From positions 1 to 25,265 of IMG/VR virus record IMGVR_UViG_3300020365_000116: 25,265 nucleotides of DNA; one strand, written 5' to 3'. A program made the position numbers and the translations under genes. Below the pieces are notes generated by a model. That model made no database searches. It was not told the origin of the DNA and worked only from the letters and a program-made list of their open reading frames with translations. Origin of the DNA: a virus. Taxonomy: Duplodnaviria > Caudoviricetes. Shown piece by piece: positions 23,445 to 25,265 of the stretch. Position 1 is the stretch's first letter. Each line of letters starts with the position of its first letter.

Positions 23445-23648
23445 ATGCACGTTACAGTAAGAAAAGGTGACGTTAACGGTGCAATCCGTGTTCTCAAGAA
23501 GAAACTCATGAGAGAAGGATTCTTTCAAGAATTACGAAGGAGAGAATCCTTCATGAGTAAGGGTGAGAAGGAACGGAAAGCAAAGGCCGCTGGTAGACGA
23601 AGGTGGAAGCGGAAACAAGAAAAACTTAAATTGGAGAGAGGTTACTAA
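23445..23648 (+). CDS. rpsU: Phage-encoded 30S ribosomal protein bS21
   Basis: V.VRKGDVNGAIRVLKKKLMREGFFQELRRRESFMSKGEKERKAKAAGRRRW; AGGAGG RBS. Confidence 0.9.
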   Translation: MHVTVRKGDVNGAIRVLKKKLMREGFFQELRRRESFMSKGEKERKAKAAGRRRWKRKQEKLKLERGY

Positions 23649-23649
23649 A

Positions 23650-24045
23650 ATGCCTAGACGTAAAATGACACCAGAACAGAGAGAGGCCGCCGCAGAACGG
23701 TTGCGTCTTGCAAGGGAAAAAAGGTTGCGTGAAAATCCACCTAAGTATTCTAATATACACCCATCTGTTTTACAGTTACCAGATGAACATCCATTCTCAA
23801 GAGTGAGTGTCACAAAGTATATCAAGACGCAGAAAGACCAACTGTCTTCATTGCGTGCTGCGATACGAAACAAGGTAAAGGGTGCCATTGCAGAAGAGGC
23901 ATCTTGCAAAGCGTATATCCGACATTGTGAAACGTATTTGCGAAATGGTGATTGGTGCGATGACTTCTATGGTGAATACCAAGAGAAGCGTGTAAAGTGG
24001 GTAACAGTTGTGCCTGCTGGTCGGAAGGTGGATGATGACGGATGA
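23650..24045 (+). CDS. Conserved basic hypothetical protein (MPRRKMTPEQREAAAERLRLAREKR)
   Basis: Start reassigned to ATG 23650 after the GAGG RBS. Confidence 0.7.
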   Translation: MPRRKMTPEQREAAAERLRLAREKRLRENPPKYSNIHPSVLQLPDEHPFSRVSVTKYIKTQKDQLSSLRAAIRNKVKGAIAEEASCKAYIRHCETYLRNGDWCDDFYGEYQEKRVKWVTVVPAGRKVDDDG

Positions 24046-24439
24046 CGGACAAACTAATGTGGTGCAGTTTCCCAAGAAGTATATTGGGGTTGCACCGAAG
24101 GTAACAAACTTTGATGCGATGAAACTGAACAAAGAGTTACAGTTCGCAGATGAATTGACGGATGGTATAATGGTATCTATGATTCATAATATGGATGAAA
24201 ATGATATTGAAATCACTGATGGTGGTTTTATCCAAGACATTGCGTTTTTGTCTGAGGCAATCAAAGCAACAATTTATAGAGACAGAGGGTTTACCCATCC
24301 TTTTCAAAATCTGATTGAATTGATTGCAAACGTAACCTACGATGAAGATGCAAAGAAGCATCATGTGGATATGGATATGGAATTGATAAGAGAATTATCA
24401 GATGACTTTACAGAGGATGATGGGCCCGACAAGGCATAG
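24032..24439 (+). CDS. Acidic hypothetical protein (NVVQFP N-terminal motif)
   Basis: Start at ATG 24032 or 24035; lies directly upstream of rnh. Confidence 0.65.
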   Translation: MMTDDGQTNVVQFPKKYIGVAPKVTNFDAMKLNKELQFADELTDGIMVSMIHNMDENDIEITDGGFIQDIAFLSEAIKATIYRDRGFTHPFQNLIELIANVTYDEDAKKHHVDMDMELIRELSDDFTEDDGPDKA

Positions 24440-24446
24440 GTGAAAT

Positions 24447-25265
24447 ATGATTTTAGTTGATATGAACCAAGTGACGCTTTCTAATCTGATGATTCAGATT
24501 GGTCGCAACTCTGATGTTGACCCAGACATGGTTCGACATATGGTTCTCAATTCATTAAGGGGTTATCGAACACGGTTCACTGAGGAATACGGAGAACTGG
24601 TATTATGTTATGATAACAAAGGTAATTGGAGAAGAGAATACTTCCCCAACTACAAACACGGTAGACGTAAAGACCGTAAGGCATCGACATTAGATTGGGG
24701 TTCGATATTCGATACCTTGCATCTAATCAAAACAGAATTACAAAACAATTTTCCATACAAGGTACTAGAAGTAGAAAACGCAGAGGCGGATGATATCATT
24801 GCTTCAGTAGTACGGTATGTTTCAGAATCACCCTCTCACTATGAGAAGGTATTAATTGTATCTGGTGATAAAGATTTCATTCAGTTACAAAAACACAATT
24901 TCGTTACACAGTACAGTCCAGTACTGAAGAAGTTCGTTAATGGTACTGACCCAGAGGTTTATATCAAGGAACACATTCTAAAGGGTGACCGTAGTGATGG
25001 TGTACCAAACTTCCTATCACCAGACGATACCTTTGTAAATGAGATGCGTCAGCGTCCTATCTCAAAGAAGAAACTGGCGACATGGATTGATTTAGAACCA
25101 GAAGATTTCTGTAACGAAGAGATGTTGAGAAACTATCAACGCAACAGGACACTAATTGATTTGGAATACGCACCCACAGAGATTCATAATGCGTGTGTGG
25201 ATACCTATCTAAATAGTACGGTAAATGATAGAAGTGGTCTATTAAACTACTTCATTAAACATCGA
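24447..25265 (+). CDS. rnh: T4-type RNase H / 5'-3' exonuclease, cut off by the window end (not in the ORF track)
   Basis: Manual translation: MILVDMNQVTLSNLM...RHMVLNSLR...LCYD..NWRREYFPNYK..R...EADDIIA...IVSGDKDFIQLQ...ILKGDRSDGVPN. Confidence 0.93.
   Translation, partial: MILVDMNQVTLSNLMIQIGRNSDVDPDMVRHMVLNSLRGYRTRFTEEYGELVLCYDNKGNWRREYFPNYKHGRRKDRKASTLDWGSIFDTLHLIKTELQNNFPYKVLEVENAEADDIIASVVRYVSESPSHYEKVLIVSGDKDFIQLQKHNFVTQYSPVLKKFVNGTDPEVYIKEHILKGDRSDGVPNFLSPDDTFVNEMRQRPISKKKLATWIDLEPEDFCNEEMLRNYQRNRTLIDLEYAPTEIHNACVDTYLNSTVNDRSGLLNYFIKHR

Noticed and set aside
363-24364. All minus-strand ORFs and nested alternative-frame plus-strand ORFs in the track
   Set aside because: They are shadows of well-supported + strand genes, with no RBS or recognisable motifs. 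The overlapping o-spanin is the only exception kept.

Overview
AT-rich segment of a large T4-like (myovirus-type) dsDNA phage genome, with every credible gene on the + strand. The host is Gram-negative, most likely a marine alphaproteobacterium (inference). Layout: (1) 1-9.4 kb, late/virion module of Lys/Glu-rich modular proteins with recurring (K/S)EE(V)ELDE linkers and N-termini resembling the T4 capsid-targeting sequence, plus a HAD nucleotidase and two Thr/Gly/Ala-rich structural proteins. (2) 9.4-12.3 kb, membrane/lysis cassette: holin-like proteins, an overlapping i-/o-spanin pair and a DUF1353 protein. (3) 12.3-18.7 kb, gp61 primase, nrdA, IscA/HesB, an MsmA-like oxygenase alpha subunit lacking the Rieske ligands, a glutaredoxin-NrdB fusion, a Zn ribbon and a resolvase-like nuclease. 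(4) 18.7-20.4 kb, small ORFs, pseudoazurin and a half-size Na+/Pi cotransporter. (5) 20.4-25.3 kb, sigma70-driven early ORFs, a structured 5' RNA, an LPP20-like lipoprotein, ribosomal protein bS21 and a T4 rnh-type nuclease cut off by the window end. The most notable signals are the Rieske-less MsmA homologue inside the RNR operon, a putative protease-processed and shuffleable capsid-cargo polyprotein system, an unassigned structured RNA at 22077-22157, a leaderless primase transcript, and an IHF plus GcrA-like control region. All family calls come from motif recognition by eye; no database searches were run.
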